DNA of 64,000 nt, from the NCBI RefSeq assembly GCF_020745735.1, contig NC_083438.1, forward strand, positions 38,359,949 through 38,423,948, given 5' to 3'. Shown piece by piece: positions 12,900-23,559 of the stretch. The stretch's first letter is position 1. The number at the start of each line of letters is the position of its first letter. The stretch comes from Hemiscyllium ocellatum. Its lineage: Eukaryota. Position numbers and translations under genes: made by a program. A model generated the notes under the pieces. It was not told where the DNA came from. It worked only from the letters and a program-made list of their open reading frames with translations, and did not search any database.

Positions 12900-13400
12900 A
12901 ACTGGGACCCAGTCAGCAGACTAAGGAAATTCGGCACAACCATAAAGATTCTTACCAATTTTTACAGGTGCAGCATAGAGAGTATCCTATCTGGATGTAT
13001 CATGGCTGACTATGGTAACTGCTCTGACCAGGACCATAAGAAATTACAGAGCACTGTGAACTTAGCCCAGACCATTGCATAAGCCAATCTTCCATCCATT
13101 GGCGCTGTCTACACTTCCCACAGTCTCAGGAAAGCAGCCCACATCATCAAAGGTCCCTCCCACCCCCCATTATAATCTCTTCCACCCTCTTCCGCCAGGC
13201 AGGAAAGCTTAAACACACGCATCAACAGATTCAAGAACAGCTTCCTCCCTGTTGTTATCAGGCTCTTGAATGGACTTCTCAAACTGTTCAATCTCATGTT
13301 GACCTCGCTCCTTGTGCACCTTCTCCGTAGCCATGACATTGGAGTCCTTGCTCTGCTCTATCACCCGAACACACTTTGGATGGTAGGATCTGCCTGTCCT
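12900..13400 (+). mobile_element. Rex1/Babar-clade LINE 3' fragment
   Basis: RLRKFG...LTNFYRCSIESILSGCI...YGNCS.QD.KKLQ followed by RFKNSFFP.VIRLLNG-like sequence, characteristic of Rex1/Babar RT C-termini. Confidence 0.8.
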
Positions 13401-15445
13401 GCACGCAAAACTCGATTTTTTTTGTTTAGTGAGGGGCTGCTAGTGCCATTTCCCCAGTCAATTCCTGCTGCTCAGTCGCGTACAATAACAGACCAGCTGG
13501 CTCACCCTCATGAATTATTTGCTTCCTTCCGTACATTGGGAATATGACCGTGTTGAGGAAGACACCAGCATCTGTTAAGGGACAGTCACTTGTTCAGGGT
13601 GAACGACCATTTGTTGTAACTTTGCAGGGTATTGCCTGAGGCATCACTCCCACTTGTCAAATGAGATATTCCAATTGTTCTTAGTCTCATACATCTTAGA
13701 ACCGTCGACTGGAACGGAGGTCCTTTGACCCATCTAGCCTGTACTGGTGAAGCACTCTAAGTGTAAGCTAGTACTAATTTCCTGCACTTGCCCCATAGTG
13801 TTGAATGTTATGAAATTCCCATCCAAGTGTTTTTTTTTAAAAGGCCGTGAGGTTTCTCAGCTCAACTACACCCCCACTGTATTCCAGAACCCCCCCCCCC
13901 CCCGCCCCCCCCCACCATCACATACTTTCCTCAAACTCCCCTAAACCTCCTGCCTTTCACTTTGAAATGACTCCCCCTCCATCCCTCCCTTGTGATTGCC
14001 CCTTCAACGAAGGGGGCCGAGCTGCTTCCTCACCACTCTGTCCATGCCCCTCATTTTGTTTTATTCATTCACGTTTGAGGGTCTCTCTTACCGGGCCATC
14101 ATTTATTGCCCATCCCTAAATGCCCAGGGTGCAGTCAAGAGTCAACCCATGGCTGTGAGTCTGGAGTCACCTGTAGACACAGACCAAGTAAGGATGGTAA
14201 TTTCCTTCCCTCAGGGACATTAGTGAACCGGGTGGATTTTTCCAACAGTCAGCAATGGATCCCTGGTCATCATTGGACTCTTACTTCCACAGAGTTCAAA
14301 TTCCACCATCTACTGTTGCAGGATTTGAATGCAGGTCCCCAAAAGATTTACCGTGTTAACCGTTTGACTGTAATAACACTTGTTTTATGACTTAGTGTTA
14401 TTGCTAACACTTCTCCTTAGCCACCTCCATCAGGTCCCCCCCTCGACCTTCTCTGCTCCAGAGAAATTAACCCAAGCTCATCCAGCCTCTCTCTCTCCAT
14501 CGCTGAACTGCTCCGTCCCAGGGCAACACCCTGGTGCATCTCCCTCTGTACCCCCTTCCTCTACAATCACATCCTTCCTGTCATGTGGGGACCAGAACTG
14601 CACACAGTACTCCAGCAGTGGCCTCACCAAAGTTCTGTACAGCTCCAGCACTACCTCCCTGACGTTACAATCTATGCCATGACCAATGCTGAATGCCTTA
14701 TTGACCACTTCTTAACCTACTCTGCTCCATTCAGGGATCTGTGGACAGGCACTCCAATATCTCTCTGTGCCTCTCAGCTTCCTGTCCAATGAGCGCTCCC
14801 TGGCCTTGCGTTGACATGTCTACATTTTACTAACTAAGTTAAAAATCACACAACACCAGGTTATAGCCCAATAGGTTTATTTGGAAGCACTAGCTTTCAG
14901 AGCACTGCTCCTTCATCAGATGGTTGTGGAGCACACATAGAATTGATAGCAAAAGTTTACAGTGTGATACAACTACAATTATACATTGAAAGGTGCCTTG
15001 AATATTTATTCAGTCTCTCAGCTGTTAGAATGACCGTGTTGGTTTCAGTTCTTTCCGATGTAAATTGCAAAACCTTTTTTTAAAAAGTTACATTCTCAAA
15101 TACACTTCAACAATTGGTGTCTGTCAGTCCAGATAATGTATTGAAGGTGTTAGCCCCCCTGTGTGCTGCTGTCTGTGCCATTATGTGACTGTGACTGATT
15201 CTAATCTAAAAAATGAGTTGACAGAGTCTTACATAGATTCCTGCAGTTTTTGAGCTCAGAGTTCTACATGGATGTATGCAGTTTTTGAGCAAAATGCAAT
15301 GTAACTCTGCAAGTACAAATTCACCGCACACAACATGTATGTGTATGTGTGCATGTGGGTGTTAGCGAAGCTGGCATTTGAAAGGAACAATGGTACACGT
15401 TGATAAAATGTTTTCACCAAGATAAAACATGTTATTTTTCAATAG

Positions 15446-15574
15446 TGCCCCAGTGAGATTGTGTACACATCCGTGAATATACAGCAGCAGAATGTCGGAA
15501 CACCGAAGGGTTGGCACCATGAAGATAATGTCGATTCAGAGGAGATTGTCTATAGTGTTCTCAAACACAAGTAG
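15446..15574 (+). CDS. Gene A terminal exon with two ITIMs
   Basis: Acceptor gttatttttcaatag|, phase 0. Encodes CPSEIVYTSVNIQQQNVGTPKGWHHEDNVDSEEIVYSVLKHK* (TAG at 15572-15574). IVYTSV and IVYSVL both fit (I/V/L/S)xYxx(L/V/I); the tyrosines are 29 aa apart. Confidence 0.85.
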   Translation, partial: CPSEIVYTSVNIQQQNVGTPKGWHHEDNVDSEEIVYSVLKHK

Positions 15575-16789
15575 ATTTATTCTGTTCATGATGGATTGGT
15601 CAGAGATGTGTGGCTAAAATTTAGATTCCAGCTAAATAGTTTGATCACTGAGTGATTGGCCCTCTCATTGACAGGGATAACACAATCGGAACTGTCCATA
15701 CCTTTATATCCAAAGTACCTGTCGGGGAGGGGTGCAGCAGGTGGGACTTGAAGCCGGCCCTTCTGGCTCAGAGATAGGGACACTACCACCTTCCCAGAAA
15801 GTTGCAAACACACACTGAAGCCTGTGGACATTTGATACCCCGTGATCACGACATCAGCCAACGCACGCTGCCACCACATCCCAGATTGGAAAGCATCATT
15901 AATAACGACAGCAGGAACGTCAAAATAGGACAGGATTAGTTGGTCTGTTGTAACCTTTTTAGGTGGACGTCCAAGAGAATTTTTTTTTGTTTTAAATTGT
16001 GGTGTTGGGTTTTCCATTTGCCAAGATTTAAGGATTTAGCCATTTGGCCACTTGAGCCGGCACTGCCATTGGACAGGGCCATGGCTGATCCGACATTCCT
16101 CACACCCACTTTCCTGCCCTTTTCCTTGATTCCCTGACGGATCAGGAATTTCTCTATCACAGCCTTCAGTACACACGCGGACTCTGCCCCCCACAGCTGT
16201 CCATGACAGAGAGTTCCAAAGGCCCACAACTCTCTGAGAGAAGAAATTCCTCCCCATCTCGGTCTGAAATTGGTGTCCCTTTATTCTGAGACGATGCCCT
16301 CTGCTCCTAGACTCTCCCAATGGGGGGTGAGGGGGAGGGGTGGGGAGGGGGATGGGGGAGGGGAACCCTCCCTCTCAGCATGGACCCTGTCCAGCCCCTA
16401 ACGAATCCGATATGTTTCAGTGAGACCGCCTCTCGTTCTAAACTCCAGTGAGGAGAGTCCCAACCTTTGCTCAGGAGACTATCCCTCCATAGCAGCGATC
16501 ATCCTCGTGAACTATCTCTGAATTGTTCTCAATGAAATGACCCCTTTCCTTCACAGCACTCCAGAGGTGGTCTCACCGGGGCCTTGAATGGAATCATCAC
16601 TTTTTGAAAGGTCATGAAAATAATGTAGATGTTTATGATGGAAGGAGATCCTTCCGTTCGGTAACAGTCATCTAGAATCATAAAACGGAATCCCTACAGT
16701 GTGGGCACAGGCCCTGCAGCCCAACAAGTCCACATCAAGTCTCCGAAAGGTATCCCACCCAGACCTTAATACTCAACATTTTTCCCCAA

Positions 16790-18700
16790 ATCTGCACATC
16801 CCTGGACACTATGGGTAATTTAACATGGCCAATCCACTCTGACCTGCACATCCCTGGACACTATGGGACAATTTCCCATGGCCAATCCACCCTGACCTGC
16901 ACATCCCTGGACACTATGGGACAATTTCCCATGGCCAGTCCACCATGCGACAATTTAGCATGGCTAATCCACCCTAACCTACACATCCCACGACACGATG
17001 GGACAACTTACCTGGTCAATCCACTCTAACCTGCACATCCCTGGGCACTATGGGACAATTTCCCATGGCCAATCCACCCTAACCTGCGCATCCCTGGGCA
17101 CTATGGGACAATTTCCCAAGGCCAATCCACCCTAACCTGCACATCCCTAGGACACTATGGGTAACTTAGCATGGCTAATCCACCCTAACCTGCACATCCC
17201 TGGACACTATGGGTAACTTAGCATGGCTAATCCACCATAACTTGCATATCCCAGAACACTGTGGGACAATTTCCCATGGCCAATCCACCCTAACCTGCAC
17301 ATCCCTGGGCACTATGGGACAATTTCCTATGGCCAATCCACCCTAACCTGCACATCCATGAACACTATGGGACAATTTCCCATGGCCAATCCACCCTAGC
17401 CTGCACATCCCTGGACACGATGTGACAATTTCCCATGGCCAATCCACCCTAACCTGCACATCTCTGAACACTATGGGACAATTTCCCATGGCCAATCCAC
17501 CCTAGCCTGCACATCCCTGGACACGATGTGACAATTTCCCATGGCCAATCCACCCTGACCTGCACATCTCTGGGCACTATGGGACAATTTCCCATGGCCA
17601 ATCCACCTTAACCTGCACATCCCTGGGCACGATGGGACAATTTAGAATGGCCAATCCACCCTAACCTGCACATCCCTGGACACTATGGGACAGTTTCCCA
17701 TGGCCAATCCACCTTAATCTGCACATCCCTGGACACTATGGGACAATTTAGCATGGCTAATCCACCCTAATCTGCACATCCCTGGACACTATGGGACAAT
17801 TTAGCATGGCTAATCCACCCTAACCTGAACATCCCTGGGCACTATGGGACAATTTCCCATGGCCAATCCACCCTAACCTGCACATCCCTGGGCACTATGG
17901 GACAATTTCCCATGGCCAATCCACCCTAACCTGCACATCCCTGGGCACTATGGGACAATTTAGCATGGCCAATCCACCCTAACCTGCACATCCCTGGGCA
18001 CTATGGGACAATTTCCCATGGCCAGTCCACCCTAACCAACACATCCCTGGACACTATGGGACAATTTCCCATGGCCACTCCACCCTAACCTGCACATCCC
18101 TGGACACTATGGGTAACTTAGCATGGCTAATCCATTCTAACTTGCATATCCCTGAGCACTATGGGACAATTTCCCATGGCCACTCCACCCTAACCTGCAC
18201 ATACCTGGGCACTATGGGACAATTTCCCATGGCCAATCCACCCTAACCTGCAGATCCCTGAACACTATGGGACAATTTCCCATGGCCAATCCACCCTAAC
18301 CTGCACATCCCTGAACACTATGGGACAATTTCCCATGGCCAATCCACCCTAACCTGCACATCCCTGGACACTATGGGACAATTTCCCATGGCCAATCCAC
18401 CCTAACCTGGACATCCCTGGACACTATGGGACAATTTCCCATGGCCAATCCACCCTAACCTGCACATCCCTGGGCACTATGGGACAATTTCCCATGGCCA
18501 ATCCACCCTAACCTGCACATCCCTGGGCGCTATGGGACAATATCCCATGGCCAATCCACCCTAATCTGCACATCTTTGGACTGCGGGAGGGAACTAGAGC
18601 ACCCGGAGGACTTCCACACAGACAGTCTCCCGAGGGTGGGATCGAACCTGGGTCCCTGGTGCTGGGAGGCAGCAGTACTAACCACTGAGCCACCGTGACG
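16790..18700 (-). repeat. V-SINE with a very large 53-bp internal array (about 33 units)
   Basis: Continuous units at 16790-18570, SINE head at 18570-18700, SINE tail remnants at about 16670-16790. Confidence 0.95.
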
Positions 18701-19439
18701 ATCCCATTGCATTCCACCCACAGTTTGGTACGTTGTAACGTTTCAGGTGAATATCCAAGAGATTTTTTTCTGTTCTAAATCGTGGTATTAGGTCTTCCGT
18801 TTGCCATGATTTAAGGCAATGCTTTTCACATTCCTGTCACCCTCCTGATGGTCCTCAAATTCACTTAAATCTTACTCAAATCTTACATTTTGTACCTCAT
18901 GGTTATTGAACTCTCTGCAGTGGCCCATTGATGTCATCATCAATATGTTGTTGTGGAAAACATTCCTGCTATCCTTTAAAATAACTTCCTTCTAGGTGAC
19001 ATGTTGCCTGCCAGAACTAATTGCAAATAATGTATTAACACAGTTGTATAGTCCTTTGGATATATATTAAACCACAAACATTGCACTGTTGTGATATTAT
19101 TTCCTTATTGCCTATTCTGTTTGCATTCTGTCAGTTTTATTAATGTCATAATCTGTTCTAATTCTCTATTATACTACCCCTTGTTGGCTATTTAATTGGA
19201 TGTAGTTCCTACTTGCAATCCTCCTGATCGTCTTCACCCCCCCCTCGAAAATGTGATGTCCGGAGTTAAACCAGCCTTCCAGAGTGGTCAAACAAATTGC
19301 TTACCAAAACGCCCGCGTTTGCCTATTCCATTGTCTCTATGGACAACGCATTGTCACAAAGTTGGCATGTGAAAGATGGTAGAATTGTAAAATGAATTCA
19401 AACGCAGTGCATGGTCCCTTTCAGAGATGGTGCTTCTGC

Positions 19440-19985
19440 AAAGTTTGTGAAGGTTTGTAGCTCAGGTTGAGGTTTAGGGTGTAGGTTTGCTATCCAGACA
19501 TTTCATTACCTGGCTAGGTAACATCACCAGTGGAGATCTCCAAGTGAAGCGAAGCTGGTGTCTCCTGCTTTCTATTTATATGTTTGTCCTGGATGGGGTT
19601 CCTGGGGTTTGTGGTGATGTCATTTTCTGTTCGATTTCTGAGGGGTTGATAGATGGCATCTAGATCTATGGGACAACACATCCATCCCGGGACAGGCTGA
19701 GCAAAGACATGCCAGAGAATTCCTAGAGGCCTGGCACTCCAACCACAACGCCATAAACAAACACATAGATCTAGATGCCATCTATCAACCCCTCAGAAAA
19801 TGAACAGGAAATGACATCACCACAAACCCCAGGAACCCCATCCAGGAGAAAGATATAAATAGAAAGTAGGAGACAACAGCTTCGCTTCACTTGGAGGTCA
19901 CCACTGATGATGTTACCTAGCCAGGTAATGAAACGTCTGGATATCAAACCTACAGCGCAGCGAGCAAAACCTATGGCCTAGATTG
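19440..19985 (+). mobile_element. Penelope-like element 3' end with inverted terminal arms
   Basis: Arms at about 19481-19670 and 19764-19963 are reverse complements. The central and right part translates WDNTSI.GQAEQRHAREFLEAWHSNHNAINKHIDLDAIYQPLRK*, a GIY-YIG C-terminus. Confidence 0.88.
19901..19940 (+). ncRNA. Minimal type-I hammerhead ribozyme motif
   Basis: cca-CTGATGA-tgttacct/agcc/aggtaat-GAAAC-GTC-tgg: intact core, stem II ttacct:aggtaa, stem I cca:tgg. Confidence 0.75.
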
Positions 19986-20429
19986 TGTTTTGGGTGTGCT
20001 TGGAAGTTTACAAGTGTTGTGCGAAATTGGTGGACCAAAAGACTCTTCAGTTAGCAGGCACAAGCAACATTTTTCGCCAGATATCAGTTTAAATTCAGCC
20101 AATTACTTTTAAAAGGCACATGAGACTAAATCAAAGCACAGTTGGTCAGGCAACATTGAGGGGCAGCAGAGTCAACGTTTCGGGTATAAGCGCTTCATCA
20201 GGAATGTCCGAAATGTCGATTCTCCTGCTCCTCGGATGCTGCCTGACTTGCTGTGCTTTTCCAGCGCCATTCTCTCGACTCTGATCTCCAGCATCTGCAG
20301 TCCTCACTTTCTCCAGTGAGGAGACAAAGGATGAATTGAATTTAAATATGTTGGATTTCACTATCTCGAACTAATCTGATTGCAAAGAAATTAACATATA
20401 ATCATGGGATACAAGATGTGTAGGAGAGC

Positions 20430-20820
20430 AGCAGGAGGATGGAAGAACACAGCAAGGCAGGCAGCATCAGGAGGGACAGGCAGGAGGCTGGGAGAACACA
20501 GCAAGGCAGGCAGCATCAGGAGGGACAGGCAGGAGGCTGGGGGAACACAGCAAGGCAGGCAGCATCAGGAGGGACAGGCAGGAGGCTGGGGGAACACAGC
20601 AAGGCAGGCAGCATCAGGAGGGACAGGCAGGAGGCTGGGAGAACACAGCAAGGCAGGCAGCATCAGGAGGGACAGGCAGGAGGCTGGGGAAACACAGCAA
20701 GGCAGGCAGCATCAGGGGGACAGGCAGGAGGCTGGGGGAACACAGCAAGGCAGGCAGCACCACGAGGGACAGGCAGGACGCTGGGAGAACACAGCAAGGC
20801 AGGCAGCACCAGGAGGTGGA
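20430..20820. repeat. Same 49-bp minisatellite in reverse orientation (about 8 copies), adjoining a Penelope-like fragment
   Basis: Unit aggagggacaggcaggaggctgggggaacacagcaaggcaggcagcatc. It runs into a Penelope-like terminal region at about 20820-21170. Confidence 0.93.
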
Positions 20821-22149
20821 GAGGTCAACATTTCGGGTGGAACCGTTCTTCCGAACTGATGGTGGGGGTGAGGGGATCTGCAGATAAAGGGGTGGGCGGA
20901 ATGGGGTAGGGTTTTGTGTGGAGAGGAGGCAGCATGGTGAGGTAGGGATAGGTGGCCACAGGTCGAGGGTACAGCCTGGTTGGTCGCTGGGCGGAATGAA
21001 TCCAATTGGTCGCTGAAAGGATCAGTTGATGAGGGGAGTGGAAGGGAGAGGAGGGGGCTGGGCAGCAAACTGGCGGCTGGGAGGGAAGGTTATTTGAAAT
21101 CGGAGAACTCAATGTTGGGTCCTCCGGGCTGTAGTCTGCCCAGGTGTTGTTCCACCAATCTGTGGGCATTTGGAAATCAAGGGAAGGCAACTATCTCTGG
21201 GGAGTAAAGATTGAGCTCTCACAGAAATCTTTAAGCCCTGATTAAGCATCATCTAGAAGTGCTCAGCACTCTTAATTAATATTGCTGACAGCAGAATTCA
21301 GCTTAGAAAGGCTTGTGATGTGAACTCAACAGGGGGAGGATTGGAGATAAAGTGGAGAAGACGTAGCTTGTGAGAATTCAGTTTTATCGTTTTTTTTCTT
21401 TATTGGGTTTATATAAATGGGAATTGTGTTTATCTGAACAACTTTCATCCCAGTAAAGTTCGTGCGTAGTTAGTGCTTCAGGGAGATTGTTCAGTTTGCT
21501 AGTAATTTTGTTAATTTGCTCACTGCTGGAGTTAGGTGAATGAATTGCTACTTGTTAGTTGTGGAGGGGGTTAAAGGATTCCGTTTAATTTCCCAACTCC
21601 GTGATAACAGATTGAGGGTAGGTGTGTGGTTATTCCCCCTCGTCATGTTTCTTTATCAGATTAGGAGGTTGGCGTTTCGGGTTTTAATTATCAGGGCGGG
21701 GGTCGAACTCTCCTTTGTAGTGTCCATAAACTCAGTGTTTATGTTTCCAATCAGCTCAGAAGGCTGGAGTAGTTGGCTTATGTTGGCTCAACTTTGTGAA
21801 CTCAATTCCCACATCGATGCAGGACTCTCCTTGTCAGACTCTCCCCTTGCCTGAGGTGTGGTGACCCTCCAGTTAAATCTGTTGCCCCTCTCTCAATGCT
21901 CGGGAAGTCCCGGGGGGTCTCAGAGCTAAGCTACTTGCAAATGCATCCTGTTCAATCTCGAATGCTTTCAGTTCTGACTGTCTCAGCCTGCTTTCACACG
22001 TTTCCGTTCCCTGCAATTCACTGTGTATCTTGCACTCTCTCTTGCTAAACAGTGTATAAATTCTTCTCCCTGTTTCCTGTTCCTATCCTGAGCCTGGCCC
22101 TGCCCCCACTGTTTCAGCCTCTCTGATTCAGTCCTTGGTCACAGAGAGA

Positions 22150-23315
22150 TTACTCATTGTTTGTTTTGTTTTTACTAACCCCACCCTACCGCCTAACTGC
22201 GGTAGTGCTTATTTTTCCCCAGCACCCATGGCGTGTGTGTGCAGGTGTGAGACACAGTGAGAGACACAAAGAGCACAAATCTTTATTCAATTTCCACCAC
22301 CAGGAAGATAGGAAAACACCCGAGTGGCCAGTGACAAGCAGTGCCCTTCACATCAAAGAGGGCAATGCTGTGTGATCAAACAGTGAAGGGGAGGGCAGGG
22401 ACTAAATCAAAATAGCGTTGGAGGGGGAAATGATGCACTCCACTCCCTGCGGCGCCCACCTCTCCCTGAGCAACTCCAGGTGGACACCACGTGCTCCTTC
22501 TCCAAGTACACCCGGGCCCTAACATAACCGCGGAAGAGGGGCAGGCAGTCGGCCCTAATGACCCCCTCCACGGCCCGCTGCCTGGACCTGTTTATGGCCA
22601 GTTTGGCCTGGCCCAGGAGCAGACCCACGAGGAGGTCTTCAGACCTGCCCTCCCTCCTCCATCATTGCTTGCTTTTTTTTTAATGCTGTGTGATCCCTTC
22701 CCTGTTTTTTTCTTTTTTTTCTCTTTTGTGACCAAGCACTTCTATTTTTTCTTTTTTTATTTTTTTTATTTTTTACTTTTTTTCATTTCCCCCACACTAC
22801 CGCCTAACTGCGGTAGTGCTTATTATTTTTTTTCCCCAGCACCCATAGTGTGTGTTTGTGTGTGCAGGTGTGAGACACAGTGAGAGACACAAAGTGTACA
22901 AATCTTTATTCAATTTCCACCACCAGGAAAAATAGGAAAACACACGAGTGGCCAGTGACAAGCAGTGCCCTTCACATCAAAGAGGGCAATGCTGTGTGAT
23001 CAAAACAGTGAAGGGGAGGGCAGGGACTAAATCAAAATAGCATTGGAGGGGGAAATGATGCACTCCACTCCCTGCGGCGCCCACCTCTCCCTGAACAACT
23101 CCAGGGTGTTGGTGGACACCGCGTGCTCCTTCTCCAAGGACACCCGGGCCCTAACGTAACCGCGGAAGAGGGGCAGGCAGTCGGCCCTAACGACCCCCTC
23201 CACGGCCCGCTGCCTGCACCTGTTTATGGCCAGTTTGGCCAGACCCAGGAGCAGACCCACGAGGAGATCTTCAGACCTGCCCTCCCTCCTCCGTCATTGC
23301 TTGCTTTTGAGTGAA
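22150..23315 (-). mobile_element. Two tandem 5'-truncated Tx1-like LINE 3' ends
   Basis: Both translate GLLLG.AKLAINR.RQRAVEGV.RADCLPLFRGYVRARV.LEKEH; they share a 3' UTR with the hairpin ctaccgc-ctaact-gcggtag and are separated by an A-rich tail. Confidence 0.8.
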
Positions 23316-23559
23316 TAACACTAATTGCTCATCCAATTAAAACACAATTTACAAACAACGAGTCATTGCTGATGCTCTGGGAAGAGACCGTACAGCTCAG
23401 GACTCCACCTGGTGCTCAAAGTAACATGCTGCAGTCTTTGTATTCAGGGGAAAATGATACTCACCAAGATATAAAAGTAAAGTCACCCACCTTCACATAA
23501 ACCAAGGGTCCTTCGGTAGTGCCAGAGCTATAAGCTCGCAAATAGAATCATTCAGAAAA

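Noticed and set aside
16321-16363. G-tract cluster (G4 motif)
   Set aside because: A low-complexity expansion inside a LINE fragment with no independent support for function.
16790-18570. CRISPR-like regular array (also 50230-52490)
   Set aside because: Contiguous 53-bp units with no unique spacers, no cas genes, eukaryotic context, and clear SINE origin.
21200-21830. Possible NUMT because of A/C-rich composition
   Set aside because: No frame under the mitochondrial code matched a mitochondrial protein I recognise.
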